A stretch of 64,000 nt of DNA from Candidatus Xenobia bacterium (lineage in GTDB: Bacteria; Vulcanimicrobiota; Xenobia; Xenobiales; QWHO01). The DNA lies in NCBI GenBank assembly GCA_045863235.1, contig BTUM01000019.1:1-64000 (forward strand), given 5' to 3'. Positions 27,282 to 36,517 of the stretch are shown piece after piece. Each line of letters begins with the position of its first letter. The stretch's first letter is position 1. Below the pieces are notes generated by a model. The model worked only from the letters and a program-made list of their open reading frames with translations, was not told the DNA's origin and did no database searches. The translations under genes and the position numbers were made by a program.

Positions 27282-29213
27282 TTACTCCACCATCGTGATC
27301 GAAGTCGCGCCGGGGCCCAACGGGATCCGGCGGTCCACCGTCTCGCGGGTGGCGCTGACGACGACCACCTCGCCCTGCTCGGTAACGGCCCAGATCTCGT
27401 CTCCCTGCAGGGTGGCGGCCGTCAGCTTGCCCCCTACGGTGACCGCTTTTGACAGGCTCAGCTCGACCGGGGAGAGGGGACCGAGAGTGCCGCTCTCGTT
27501 GACCACCCAGATCTTCTGGCCGTCAGGAGGAACGAGAATGGCGAACGGGCGCGTTCCACCCGTGTCGCGGCCCGTCCTGAGCGCCTCGGCGCAATTTGGC
27601 AGGCGGTAGCTCTGAACGTGACCATCCACGGGCAGAGCCACCAGCAGATTGGACTTGTTGGCCGAGAGCGCCAGCGCTCCGGCACCGGCCAGGGGAACCT
27701 TGAGCAATTCCTTGACCACCGGATAAGGCTCCACGCAGACCAGCTCGTTCCCCGTGAGGCTGGAGAGGTAGAGCTTCCGGCCGCTGAGGTCCGTGCCGCC
27801 CTCGAGAGAAGGAGAGGCACCCGGATCGGGCACGGGAGCATCCAGAGCCATCCCCTGGGCGTCCCTGCCCAGGGCCACCAGGCCAACCATGGCGTCCTTG
27901 CGCTTGAGCGGGCCGTCCTTTTGCTCGGGCAGAGCTTTAGGATCGAGCGAGACGATGGACACCTGGCCCATCTCGGAGTTCAACAGATAGAGCAGTTGGC
28001 CCGAGGGGTCCATGAGCAAGCGCCGGCAACCCGGGTCGATCTTCAATTCGCCCACGATGCGGTTGCTGCGCGTGTTGATCAGCTTGAGGAAGCCATTCTC
28101 TGTGGAGGCAAAGAGCTTCTTCCCGTCCGGGCTGGAGACCACGGCAAGAAACTTGTCCTGCTCGAGAGGGATACGGGTCAAGACGGTCTTGTCGGCCCGA
28201 TTGACCACATAAATGGCGTTACCGCAAGCCACGTAGGCGGCAGCTCCTTGCCTGGCAAGGATGGGGGGGTTGAGCAACTGGTTGGAATACCATAGCAAGG
28301 CGAGCAGGCCCACCACTTCCAGGGCCACCAGGTAGACCGGCTGCTTGAGAAAGGCCCACAATAGATTCTGCCAGGCGCGCGTATAGCTGTAGCTCCAGCG
28401 GGCGAAACGGGCCAGACCAAAGTTGATTCTGCGGACCTCCACCTTCTCTTGCACGGGAGGGTGGAGCACGTCGTTAAGGTTCTTTTTGAGCTCTTCGAAG
28501 GAGAAATAGAGCCCCTTGTCCTCGGCCGACAGACAACGGTTGATGACCTTGGCGAGCTCGGGGCTGACCGGGTCGGACTGCGAGCAACCAAAGGGACCGG
28601 GCTCCTTGCGGGCCAGAAAGAAAAACACTGTCTCCCCGAACTTGCGGATGTCACTTGCGATGACCGAGGCCTGAGCGGAGAACTCGGGCGCGTCCTCGTC
28701 GCCCAGGAAGCGGTCGAGACCGTAGTTGATCAGCTTGAGCTTGCCTTCCGAGTCGACCATGATGTTGGACGGATCGAGGGCGTCGAAGATGAACGGTTTG
28801 GGGCGATTGTGCAGGTAGTGCAGCGCGTCGCACAGAGCGATGCCCCACTCGAGCACCTGGGGCTCGGGCTGGCCCTTCACGCTCATCTCGAGCAGGGTCT
28901 TCATGGTGATGCCATCGACCCGCTCGAGCACCACATACTGACGGCGCCCTTCGGAGAAATGGTCGAACATCTTGGTCAGGCCTGGATGATCGAACTCGCG
29001 CAACACCTCCATGGCCTCTTGCAGCTGCCGGGTGCGCTCGGTCACCTGCTCCTCGCTCAAGGAGGGGTGCGGGATCATCTCTTTGAGAGCGAATTTCTGA
29101 TCGTCGGAGGTGCGCTTGGCCACATAGACGCCCCCCTTCTCGCCGAAGGTAAGGGTCTTGACGACCACGTAGCGGCCTTCCGCGAGCTCCTGGCCAGGGA
29201 GTAGCTCTTTCAT
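27282..29213 (-). CDS. Membrane Hanks-type kinase-fold protein (probable pseudokinase) with YVTN-like beta-propeller
   Basis: ALKEM, HPGL, YVVLE and ALHYLH subdomains; catalytic loop reads FDALDPSN and DFG reads NYG; TM helix; SPDG/DPSG/PPDG blades. Confidence 0.8.
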   Translation of the reverse strand: MKELLPGQELAEGRYVVVKTLTFGEKGGVYVAKRTSDDQKFALKEMIPHPSLSEEQVTERTRQLQEAMEVLREFDHPGLTKMFDHFSEGRRQYVVLERVDGITMKTLLEMSVKGQPEPQVLEWGIALCDALHYLHNRPKPFIFDALDPSNIMVDSEGKLKLINYGLDRFLGDEDAPEFSAQASVIASDIRKFGETVFFFLARKEPGPFGCSQSDPVSPELAKVINRCLSAEDKGLYFSFEELKKNLNDVLHPPVQEKVEVRRINFGLARFARWSYSYTRAWQNLLWAFLKQPVYLVALEVVGLLALLWYSNQLLNPPILARQGAAAYVACGNAIYVVNRADKTVLTRIPLEQDKFLAVVSSPDGKKLFASTENGFLKLINTRSNRIVGELKIDPGCRRLLMDPSGQLLYLLNSEMGQVSIVSLDPKALPEQKDGPLKRKDAMVGLVALGRDAQGMALDAPVPDPGASPSLEGGTDLSGRKLYLSSLTGNELVCVEPYPVVKELLKVPLAGAGALALSANKSNLLVALPVDGHVQSYRLPNCAEALRTGRDTGGTRPFAILVPPDGQKIWVVNESGTLGPLSPVELSLSKAVTVGGKLTAATLQGDEIWAVTEQGEVVVVSATRETVDRRIPLGPGATSITMVE

Positions 29214-29346
29214 ACCAGGGGAATGTTCTCAATCTCTCATGCCGGATCCTGCCCGTCAAAATGGCTTAAAAACTCGCATAACGGCCCCAGCTCTTGAATC
29301 GGGCTCAAAGCGGGAAACTCCGCCGAGGGTCCGAACTCCGCCCGCC

Positions 29347-30279
29347 ATGGCGAGCTTTCTGCTCAAGGAGCTGGCCCGGCGGGTGGAGGGGTCCGTGCTG
29401 GGCGATGGCGAGTTGACCATCACCTCGGTGAGCGGCCTGGAGGGCGTGCAGCCGGGCGGGCTGACTTTCATCGAGGAAGCCGGCCGGCTCGCGGAGGCCG
29501 AAACCAGCGGAGCGGTCGCCGTCATCGCCCCTCCGGATGTAGAGTCGAGCCACCTCGCCGTGCTGCGCACACCCCGACCGCGCGTCGCATTCGCGCGCCT
29601 GTTGGCGCTCTTTCACCCCCGCCCGCCGGTGCACCCGCTCATCCATCCAACCGCCTTCATCCACCCGCAGGCGCGGGTGGCCGCCACCGCCCACATCGGT
29701 CCCTTCTGCTCAGTAGGAGCCGGGTCGGAGGTGGGCGAGGGTGTCGAACTGGTGGCCCGTGTCACCCTGGAAGAGGAAGTCATCCTGGAGAGGGGGGTCT
29801 GGCTGCAAGCCGGGGTGGTCGTCAAGCGGGGCGCGCGGCTTGGCCCGGAATGCTCTCTGTTACCCCACTCGGTGGTGGGTCCGAGGAGCGTTCTGGGCCC
29901 CCGAGTCGAGACGGGCGCTCGGGTCGTCATTGGAGCCGAGGTCAGCATCGGAGAAGGCAGCAAGCTGGATAACCTGGTCCTGGTAGGAGCTGGCTCGAAG
30001 TTGGGCCGCCACGTGCTGATGGTGGGACACAGTATGGTGCTGACCGGCTGCGAACTGGGCGACTACAGTGTCGTGGCCGCCCAGTCGGTGGTTCTGCCGG
30101 GCGTGAAGCTGGGGGCCCAGGTGCAACTCGCGGCTCGCTCCTTTGCCGATCAAGACCTTCCCAAAGCGGGCACCTACTCGGGCGACCCGGCCCAACCTCA
30201 TCGTCAGGAGATGGTCTTCAAGGCCCTTCAGGGGAAGGCTGCCGAGCTCTGGCAGGGCTTAAAAAGGGTCCGCAGGTAA
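29347..30279 (+). CDS. LpxD-like hexapeptide-repeat protein (catalytic His apparently absent)
   Basis: LpxD N-terminal domain (LKELA..G..LTFI..PRVAFA), IHPTA, hexapeptide repeats; LDNLVLVGAG in place of IDNLVQIAHN. Confidence 0.75.
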   Translation: MASFLLKELARRVEGSVLGDGELTITSVSGLEGVQPGGLTFIEEAGRLAEAETSGAVAVIAPPDVESSHLAVLRTPRPRVAFARLLALFHPRPPVHPLIHPTAFIHPQARVAATAHIGPFCSVGAGSEVGEGVELVARVTLEEEVILERGVWLQAGVVVKRGARLGPECSLLPHSVVGPRSVLGPRVETGARVVIGAEVSIGEGSKLDNLVLVGAGSKLGRHVLMVGHSMVLTGCELGDYSVVAAQSVVLPGVKLGAQVQLAARSFADQDLPKAGTYSGDPAQPHRQEMVFKALQGKAAELWQGLKRVRR

Positions 30280-31003
30280 GGGCCAGCAGGATCCAACCCA
30301 GAATCCCCGAGAGCGGATCGCCTGACAGGCCCCAGAACCAGGAGCTGTCCAACCGTCCCGGCGGGTCGACGATCTGGATGAAAACCCAGGTGGTGTGGAC
30401 CCCGATGGCCATCCAGAGTGAGCCGGTTCGTTCGACCAGAAGAGCCAGGAAGATTCCGGCCAGCACCAGAGACACTCCGAAGGCCAGTTTCCACTCGGTT
30501 GTTCCAGGGCGAAACAGATGGAGAACCGCAAAGAAGAGGTTCACGCCCAGATAGGCGGCCGGTCGCCCCCACTCCTCGCGGGCCACCTGGAACAGGTAGC
30601 CGCGGAACACGACCTCCTCGGCGATGGCCATGAGCGGTGCCGCGATCAGCGCCGCCAGAAGGGGGGGATCGGGGGGCGGGGTCCAGCGACCGAAGAGGGT
30701 TAAGATCAACCGCGAACCAACGATCATCCCCGTGCCCAGCAAGATTCCGGTGGTGAACAGGCGCACCCAGCCCGGGCGCATTGCCAGGCTGGCCGAGCCC
30801 GGCCGCGGACCCCAGCGCCGCCAGCTGTAGGAGGTGCTGAAGAGCAGCCAACAGTAAAGGGCGATCAGATAGCCGTCTTTCCAGGCGCGTGGCCCGTGGC
30901 GACTGAGCAAAATGGTGGGCTCGCCCAGAATCAGTCCCGGGATGAGCCAGGCCGCCACCCAGCCAACGGCCAGCAGACCCAGGAAAGCGCCGATCCGTTT
31001 CAA
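30218..31003 (-). CDS. CPBP (CAAX/Abi) family intramembrane metalloprotease
   Basis: EEVVFRG, FAVLH and H-x3 motifs in TM helices. Confidence 0.85.
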   Translation of the reverse strand: MKRIGAFLGLLAVGWVAAWLIPGLILGEPTILLSRHGPRAWKDGYLIALYCWLLFSTSYSWRRWGPRPGSASLAMRPGWVRLFTTGILLGTGMIVGSRLILTLFGRWTPPPDPPLLAALIAAPLMAIAEEVVFRGYLFQVAREEWGRPAAYLGVNLFFAVLHLFRPGTTEWKLAFGVSLVLAGIFLALLVERTGSLWMAIGVHTTWVFIQIVDPPGRLDSSWFWGLSGDPLSGILGWILLALTCGPFLSPARARQPSPEGP

Positions 31004-32157
31004 GGAGGTGGTTGGCCGTGGGCCAGCGATTCTATCCAGGCCGCCATCCGGGCCGCGCCCCCCGGCGGACCCATGCGCTCACGTCCCACCGCGCCGCGCC
31101 GGTGACGCTCCTCAGGGTCGCGCAGCAGCCTGGACAGAGCGGCGACGATGACTTCGGGACGGTCCTCCACCACCTCCACAGCCTCCCCCAAGAGGCCCTT
31201 CTGGCGGAAACGATACCAGCTCATCCTCTTCTCGCCGCCGGGCCCGTAGGCAAGTACCGGCAACCCCTTGCCGGCGGCCTGCTCGTTTGCCGTTCCGGCC
31301 TGGCCCAGCACGAGCTGGCAGTGAGCCAGCACATCTCCCAGGACTCGCCGCACCAATAGCACGGAGGGCAGACCCTCCCGGCACAGCTCGCCCACCATGC
31401 CACGCTCGGTCGGAGAAGCATTCAGCTGCCACCCGGGGGGAACCAGCCGCTCCAATTGAAGACTATCAGCCACGACCACCACGGCCCGCGCCCGGTCGCC
31501 CCCCTGCCAGAGGAGCCCGTAGACGTCGAGCATCCGGGCCAGTTCGGCGTACGCCTCCACCCGGCTGCCCGGGAAGAGAGCTATCCAGGGCAAGTTGCCG
31601 TTGAGGGGCAGATCGATGCCGGTGGGCTCAAGAGCGTCCATCATCGGGTTTCCCACCCAGGCCGCTCGAATGCCCGCTCGACGCAGGTCGGCCGCGGTCG
31701 GCTCGTCGCGGGTCAGCACCCGATCGGCCAGTTGCCGCATAGCCAGTCGCTCGAACCAGGAGTAACGATGGTGGACGACCGACTTGGCGGTGCCGATGAA
31801 GAGGAGTGGTCGCAACCCTGCAAAGGCGTTGAGCAGGGCAAAGACATCTCCCACCACCACGAAGAGCTGGTACTGGCGCCGCACCTGGCGCAAGAAGCGA
31901 AACTGGCGCAAAAGCAGGGTGAGCAGACCACTGCGGAGATCGCGGGTGATGTGACTGAGCGGAGAATCGTTGACCAGCCCCCCGCTGGGCATCGGAGCCT
32001 GGCGCGGTCCAACCAGCGGTAGCACGCCCTGATAAGCGGCTCCCTGACCCACCGTGGGCATGGCCTCAGCCTCGACCCGATTCAGACGCGATCCGATCAA
32101 GCTGGCGATCGCATCCTCGCCGGCGCCGTTGGAGATGAACAGCACCCGGGGGCGCAT
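31000..32157 (-). CDS. Lipid-A-disaccharide synthase-related GT-B protein
   Basis: ISNGAGED, PSGG, VVGD, GTAKS, VGNPMMD, FPGSR..EA, AGTANEQAAGKG, RMGPPG. Confidence 0.8.
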   Translation of the reverse strand: MRPRVLFISNGAGEDAIASLIGSRLNRVEAEAMPTVGQGAAYQGVLPLVGPRQAPMPSGGLVNDSPLSHITRDLRSGLLTLLLRQFRFLRQVRRQYQLFVVVGDVFALLNAFAGLRPLLFIGTAKSVVHHRYSWFERLAMRQLADRVLTRDEPTAADLRRAGIRAAWVGNPMMDALEPTGIDLPLNGNLPWIALFPGSRVEAYAELARMLDVYGLLWQGGDRARAVVVVADSLQLERLVPPGWQLNASPTERGMVGELCREGLPSVLLVRRVLGDVLAHCQLVLGQAGTANEQAAGKGLPVLAYGPGGEKRMSWYRFRQKGLLGEAVEVVEDRPEVIVAALSRLLRDPEERHRRGAVGRERMGPPGGAARMAAWIESLAHGQPPP

Positions 32158-32877
32158 TCAGGCCACCAGGGCTGGGGAGTGTAACCGATACTCCAGTTGC
32201 CCTGACCCCAGACGCAACTCGGCCAAATAACGGCTGTGGCTCCCGGCCTGCACGATGGGTACTCCCCCCACCCGATGAGGCTCTTCCAGCACGGTGTGGC
32301 TGTGGGCGCCTAAAATCAGGTCGACTCGGGGCAGTCGGGGCGCGATCCGGCAGTCCACCTCAAATCCCAGATGGGAAAGGAGCAAGACCAGGTCGCAACG
32401 CGGGCGCATCTCCTCCACCAACTGGGGCAGACAATCCTCGGGCTGAAAGAATCGTAGCCCGAAAAGGCGTTCCCACAGCGAGCCATGGGGATACTGCACC
32501 ACCGTGGCCCCGATCAGCCCCACTTTCAAATCCTCGACCTGAAACTCCAGCACCGATTGCCACAGATCGTGATGGGCGTTTCGCAGGTCGATCAGGTTGG
32601 CGGCCAGCAAAGGAAAACGACGCTGGTCTCGACGCCAGCCCATCACCCGGCGCAGGTAATGGAGTTCGCGATTGCCCATGGCCATGGCGGCGAAGCCCAG
32701 CTCGCGCATCTGATCGAGGACCGGCTCATGACGCCGGTACACAGTGTTGGAGCCGCAGAGGGCATCGCCCCCATCCAGCAGCAGGGTGCGGGCGTCGCGC
32801 GGCTGGCGAGCCAGCAGGTCCAGACTGGCCGTCCGGCCATGCATGTCGTTGGTGTAGAGCAGCCTCAGGTCGGCCAC
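32158..32877 (-). CDS. Calcineurin-like metallophosphoesterase (5'-nucleotidase N-terminal-type domain only)
   Basis: TNDMHG, DGGD, MGNRE, LSHLG, GAHSH, IVQAG; no C-terminal nucleotidase domain and no signal peptide. Confidence 0.85.
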   Translation of the reverse strand: MADLRLLYTNDMHGRTASLDLLARQPRDARTLLLDGGDALCGSNTVYRRHEPVLDQMRELGFAAMAMGNRELHYLRRVMGWRRDQRRFPLLAANLIDLRNAHHDLWQSVLEFQVEDLKVGLIGATVVQYPHGSLWERLFGLRFFQPEDCLPQLVEEMRPRCDLVLLLSHLGFEVDCRIAPRLPRVDLILGAHSHTVLEEPHRVGGVPIVQAGSHSRYLAELRLGSGQLEYRLHSPALVA

Positions 32878-32878
32878 A

Positions 32879-33382
32879 TCAACCCCGGGAGAGCTTTCCG
32901 AGCACCAGGGGGAGTGAGGATCCGAGCAACCAGCCAACGGCCGCGCCCAGAAACGACCCCGTAACTTGATACAGAGCCCAGCAACCGAGCGCCCCGCCGG
33001 CCCAATTCATGACGAAAGCCAGAGGGGAGAGAAAGATGGAGAAGCCCAGCGCCCCCCCCAGAAGTCCTCCCCCCAACCCCGACAGGGCGCCCGCTCCCAG
33101 GTTCAGCAGGCGACTCCCCAATACTGCCCCCTCCCAGGAGGCCAGGGCAAGCCCGGTCAGGGCGGGGGGAGCAGGCGGATTGAGATTGGCGCCGGTCAAG
33201 AAGGCAGCGAGAAACCCGCACAGACCGAATCCCACGATGGAAAGCAAGCGCTGGCCGGGGGTGATGCCGGGAGATCCGGCGGGCTGGTCCTGAACGCCTC
33301 CAATAGGGGCGTCCTCCTGCTCCTGGCCATCCTGTGCCAGTTGGGCTTCGAGCTCCTTGCGCTTGCGTTTCTTCTTGCTCAC
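32879..33382 (-). CDS. Hypothetical Gly-rich membrane protein
   Basis: GTGA-coupled start; charged N-terminus followed by several Gly-rich TM segments. Confidence 0.65.
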   Translation of the reverse strand: MSKKKRKRKELEAQLAQDGQEQEDAPIGGVQDQPAGSPGITPGQRLLSIVGFGLCGFLAAFLTGANLNPPAPPALTGLALASWEGAVLGSRLLNLGAGALSGLGGGLLGGALGFSIFLSPLAFVMNWAGGALGCWALYQVTGSFLGAAVGWLLGSSLPLVLGKLSRG

Positions 33383-33963
33383 AGCACTGTCCCTGTCAAG
33401 CGCAGCTTCCAGAGCAGGATGCTCCAGGCCACGGTCAACCAGGCGAAGGTCGACCACTCAAAACGTAGAGCCGTCTTGAGGCAGAAGGTGCCTTCCCCGC
33501 CGGACCAGCCGGTCAGGCGAGGCAGCAGGGCCGGCACGCTCCGGCAATACTGCTCATAGGTCTCGCCAAACTGCTTGCGCAAGAAGCCCTCTTCCAGCGG
33601 GATGATGGTCGTGTAGATGCCCGTGTGAATGCCAACCGCCGCCAGGAAGACCCAGGGACCCACCGAGCCCATGCCGGCTGTGGCCGCCAGGGCCACCCCG
33701 GCCCCGTTGAGCAGGTTGCCCAGATAGAGGGGATTGCGTAGATAGGAGTACGGCCCGGCGGTGATCAACCGGGGCGCGTCGAGGTACTGCCGGCGAGTGG
33801 GAAGCCCGGTGTAGCCCAGGGCCCACAGCCGGAGAAGCTCGCCCATGAAAGCCAGGCAGGCGCCCAGCATCAGGCCGGTCGGGCTGGGGCGGCTGTAGTA
33901 GAGCACCAGCACGCCGGTGACTCCGGCCAGGGCTCCTCTCCAACGAAACACAAATTCACGCAT
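33379..33963 (-). CDS. Isoprenylcysteine carboxyl methyltransferase/PEMT family membrane methyltransferase (LmtA-like candidate)
   Basis: GELLRLWA, LITAGPYSYLRNPLYLG, EE.FL...FGE.Y..Y...VP motifs. Confidence 0.85.
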   Translation of the reverse strand: MREFVFRWRGALAGVTGVLVLYYSRPSPTGLMLGACLAFMGELLRLWALGYTGLPTRRQYLDAPRLITAGPYSYLRNPLYLGNLLNGAGVALAATAGMGSVGPWVFLAAVGIHTGIYTTIIPLEEGFLRKQFGETYEQYCRSVPALLPRLTGWSGGEGTFCLKTALRFEWSTFAWLTVAWSILLWKLRLTGTVL

Positions 33964-35185
33964 ACTGCTTTGCCAGGGGCAGACCGAGGGTCTCGAGAAT
34001 TTGGTCCGCCAGCCTTTCCCCCGCACCCGGAGCTCCCATCAGAACGCGCAACTCGCGGGAGAGCTGCGCGCGACGCTCGGAATCTCGAGCCAACTCCTCC
34101 AGAACGCTTATCAACGGCTCCAGAGAATCCTGCAAGAGCACCTCGGGAACCAGCTTGCGCCCGGCCCTGAGGTTCGGTTGCGCCACACCGTGGGGAAACC
34201 TCAAATACTCCCTCAGCCGGAGCTGTTCCTTCCAGGCTCCGAGAGGCATCAGGTCGAGCAGCCCCCCCAGGCCTCCGCGCGGGAGCGGAGCGCGAGTCGA
34301 TAGAACCAGCACCATCGGGCATCCTGCGCAGGCGAGCTCAGCCGTATTCGTGCCCGGGATGGTCAGGGCCAGATCGAGCGCTCCCATCGACTGGTGGGGC
34401 CTGCCCTGGGTCAGTGCGATCTCCAGGCCGGCGCGAGTTCTCAGGCTCTTCAGACCGAACTGGCCCGAGCTGCGCTCCAGTCCCAGGTCGATGGGGTGGT
34501 CCAGTGCCTGTTGGGCGGCCGCCAGGCTGACGAAGGGCGAAAGAACCAGCAAGAACTGGAACTCCGGGTGGCTGCTGGTGAGCTTCTCAGCAACGCGCAA
34601 AAAGAGCGGCAGAGCGGCCCGCAGATGGACTGCGCGCGAGCCCGGGAAAAGTCCCAGCACGGGCCGGTCCATTGCCAGGCCCAGCGCCTGGCGCGCACCC
34701 TCCCGACTCTCGGGCAGGGACACACCGTCCACCATCAGGTTGCCCACGCAAACGATGCGCTGAGGGGCTACCCCGCGCGCGACCAGGGGGGCGACCAGCT
34801 CCGGACTGGGCACGGCCACACGCTGGAAAGCGCGGGCCTGACGGCTTGGGCGCACCGAGTAGGCCAGACCGGGCACGCCCCAGAGGTGGGCCAGACGGCC
34901 GGCCTGCCACAACTCTCCGCCCAGGAAGACGACAATGGCCTGCCTGGAAGGCCGGAAACCAGACATCCCCAGCAACAGGCGCAGAGTCTCTCGGGGAGCC
35001 AGGACGCTGGTCAAGCCAGGCAACTGGCCAGCATACTCCATTTCGCGACCGCTGGCATAAGGACAGGGAACCAGGGCCACGTGCAGACGAAGATCGCTCT
35101 GGCGAGCCAGCAGGGCCTGGCTGGTGACGCGCACCCACGAGGAGAGCTCGCCCGGCGAATTCGAGGTCATGATGATGTCGGGCAT
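33956..35185 (-). CDS. LpxB-like GT-B glycosyltransferase
   Basis: SNSPGE, FLGGE, VGNLMVD, FPGSR, TIPGTNTAELA, AQPN....VPE. Confidence 0.8.
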   Translation of the reverse strand: MPDIIMTSNSPGELSSWVRVTSQALLARQSDLRLHVALVPCPYASGREMEYAGQLPGLTSVLAPRETLRLLLGMSGFRPSRQAIVVFLGGELWQAGRLAHLWGVPGLAYSVRPSRQARAFQRVAVPSPELVAPLVARGVAPQRIVCVGNLMVDGVSLPESREGARQALGLAMDRPVLGLFPGSRAVHLRAALPLFLRVAEKLTSSHPEFQFLLVLSPFVSLAAAQQALDHPIDLGLERSSGQFGLKSLRTRAGLEIALTQGRPHQSMGALDLALTIPGTNTAELACAGCPMVLVLSTRAPLPRGGLGGLLDLMPLGAWKEQLRLREYLRFPHGVAQPNLRAGRKLVPEVLLQDSLEPLISVLEELARDSERRAQLSRELRVLMGAPGAGERLADQILETLGLPLAKQYA

Positions 35186-35296
35186 CGCGAGCAATGTAGT
35201 GCATTTGCGGCCGCTTGTCGACCAGGCCCCAGCAGCTCCTCGCGGAATTCTGCATCACTCCGCCAGCAGTCCGGCTATCTTCGGAGGTGCTAGGGC

Positions 35297-35346
35297 ATTG
35301 GCGCGGCGCCCCTACAGTGCTGAGCAGGTCAACGCGCGGGACTGTA
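35297..35346 (+). repeat. REP-like element, partial copy C (contains the lpxB stop codon)
   Basis: aggtcaacgcgcgggactgta is identical to 8552-8572; attggcgcggcg is the reverse complement of 36582-36593. Confidence 0.7.
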
Positions 35347-36492
35347 TCGACTCTGCAGGAGCCCTTCGACGTGGTCAGCCACCCGGCCGATCACTCCTGG
35401 CTCACCCACCGAGGCCCGGGCCCGATCCAGGCACTCCAGCATGCGCTCGCGCTCCGGTCCCTCCTCAAAGAGCCGGATGGCCTCACGGACCAGGTTCTCG
35501 GGGGTGGCCGTGGTCTGCAAGAACTCCGGCATCACGTCCTCGTCGAGCACCAGGTTGACCAGGCCGAAACGGTCCACCCGCATCAGCTTGAGGCGGCGCA
35601 GCAACCGATAGAGGGCCCAGTCGAAAGAGCTGCCTTTATAGAAAACCACGTGGGGAATGCGCAGGAGAGCCGCCTCCAGGCTGGCCGTTCCGCTGGTAAT
35701 CAGGGCCACGCGCGAAGCGGCCAGAGCCTCCCTCGCCTGGCCCTGCAAGACGTGAAGATAGGGCGGCGTGGTGCCCAATTGCCGGGCCAGAAACGGCGCC
35801 AGCCGGGGGGTGGCGCAGGGGATCAGGAACTTCACGTCCGGATAGCGCTGACGCAACAGAGCGGCCGCCTCGAGCAATACCGGAGTCAGATAGCGCAGTT
35901 CCTGGATGCGGCTCCCGGGTAGCAACGCGACATAGCGGCCGGGCTTCAGTCCCAGGGCCTGCTGGGCCTGTTCCAGCGGTCGGGGGGGACCGATGATATC
36001 CACCAGCGGATGGCCGAAAAAGCCAACCTCCAGACCGTTCTTGCGGTACTGCTCGGCATTGAAGCGAAAGGCCGTCACCACGCTGGTAACCCGCTGGTGG
36101 ATCTGGTGAAGTCTCTTTGAGCTGCGGGTCCACTGAGAAGGCGGGAAGTAATACATCGTCCTGATCCCGTGCCGCTGTGCAAACCCCGCCAACCGGTAGT
36201 GGGCGGCCGGACTGTCGATCACGATCAGCAGGTCAGGGCGCACCTCGAGCAGCAGTTTGCGCATCTTCCGGTAGGCAAGCAGCAAGGTGGGGATCAGCCC
36301 GATGGCGGCGCTCGGACCGATCACGCCCCAACCGGTGCTGTCGATGAAAACCTCGACTCCGGCCGCCCTCATGGAGTGTCCTCCCGCACCGAGAATGCGC
36401 ATCTGGGGGTGACGACGCTTCAATTCGGCGGCCAGAGCGGCGGCCTGCAGATCGCCCGAAGGCTCGGCCGTGCTGATGACCAGCGTGCTCAC
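35329..36492 (-). CDS. lpxB: Lipid-A-disaccharide synthase
   Basis: AEPSGDL, IDSP, YYFPPSQW, FGHPL, LLPGSRIQE, SGTASLEAAL, LVNL..PEFLQ; directly after lpxA. Confidence 0.9.
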   Translation of the reverse strand: MSTLVISTAEPSGDLQAAALAAELKRRHPQMRILGAGGHSMRAAGVEVFIDSTGWGVIGPSAAIGLIPTLLLAYRKMRKLLLEVRPDLLIVIDSPAAHYRLAGFAQRHGIRTMYYFPPSQWTRSSKRLHQIHQRVTSVVTAFRFNAEQYRKNGLEVGFFGHPLVDIIGPPRPLEQAQQALGLKPGRYVALLPGSRIQELRYLTPVLLEAAALLRQRYPDVKFLIPCATPRLAPFLARQLGTTPPYLHVLQGQAREALAASRVALITSGTASLEAALLRIPHVVFYKGSSFDWALYRLLRRLKLMRVDRFGLVNLVLDEDVMPEFLQTTATPENLVREAIRLFEEGPERERMLECLDRARASVGEPGVIGRVADHVEGLLQSRYSPAR

Positions 36493-36517
36493 GGGCTTGA
36501 GGAGAAGGTGAGAGTGA

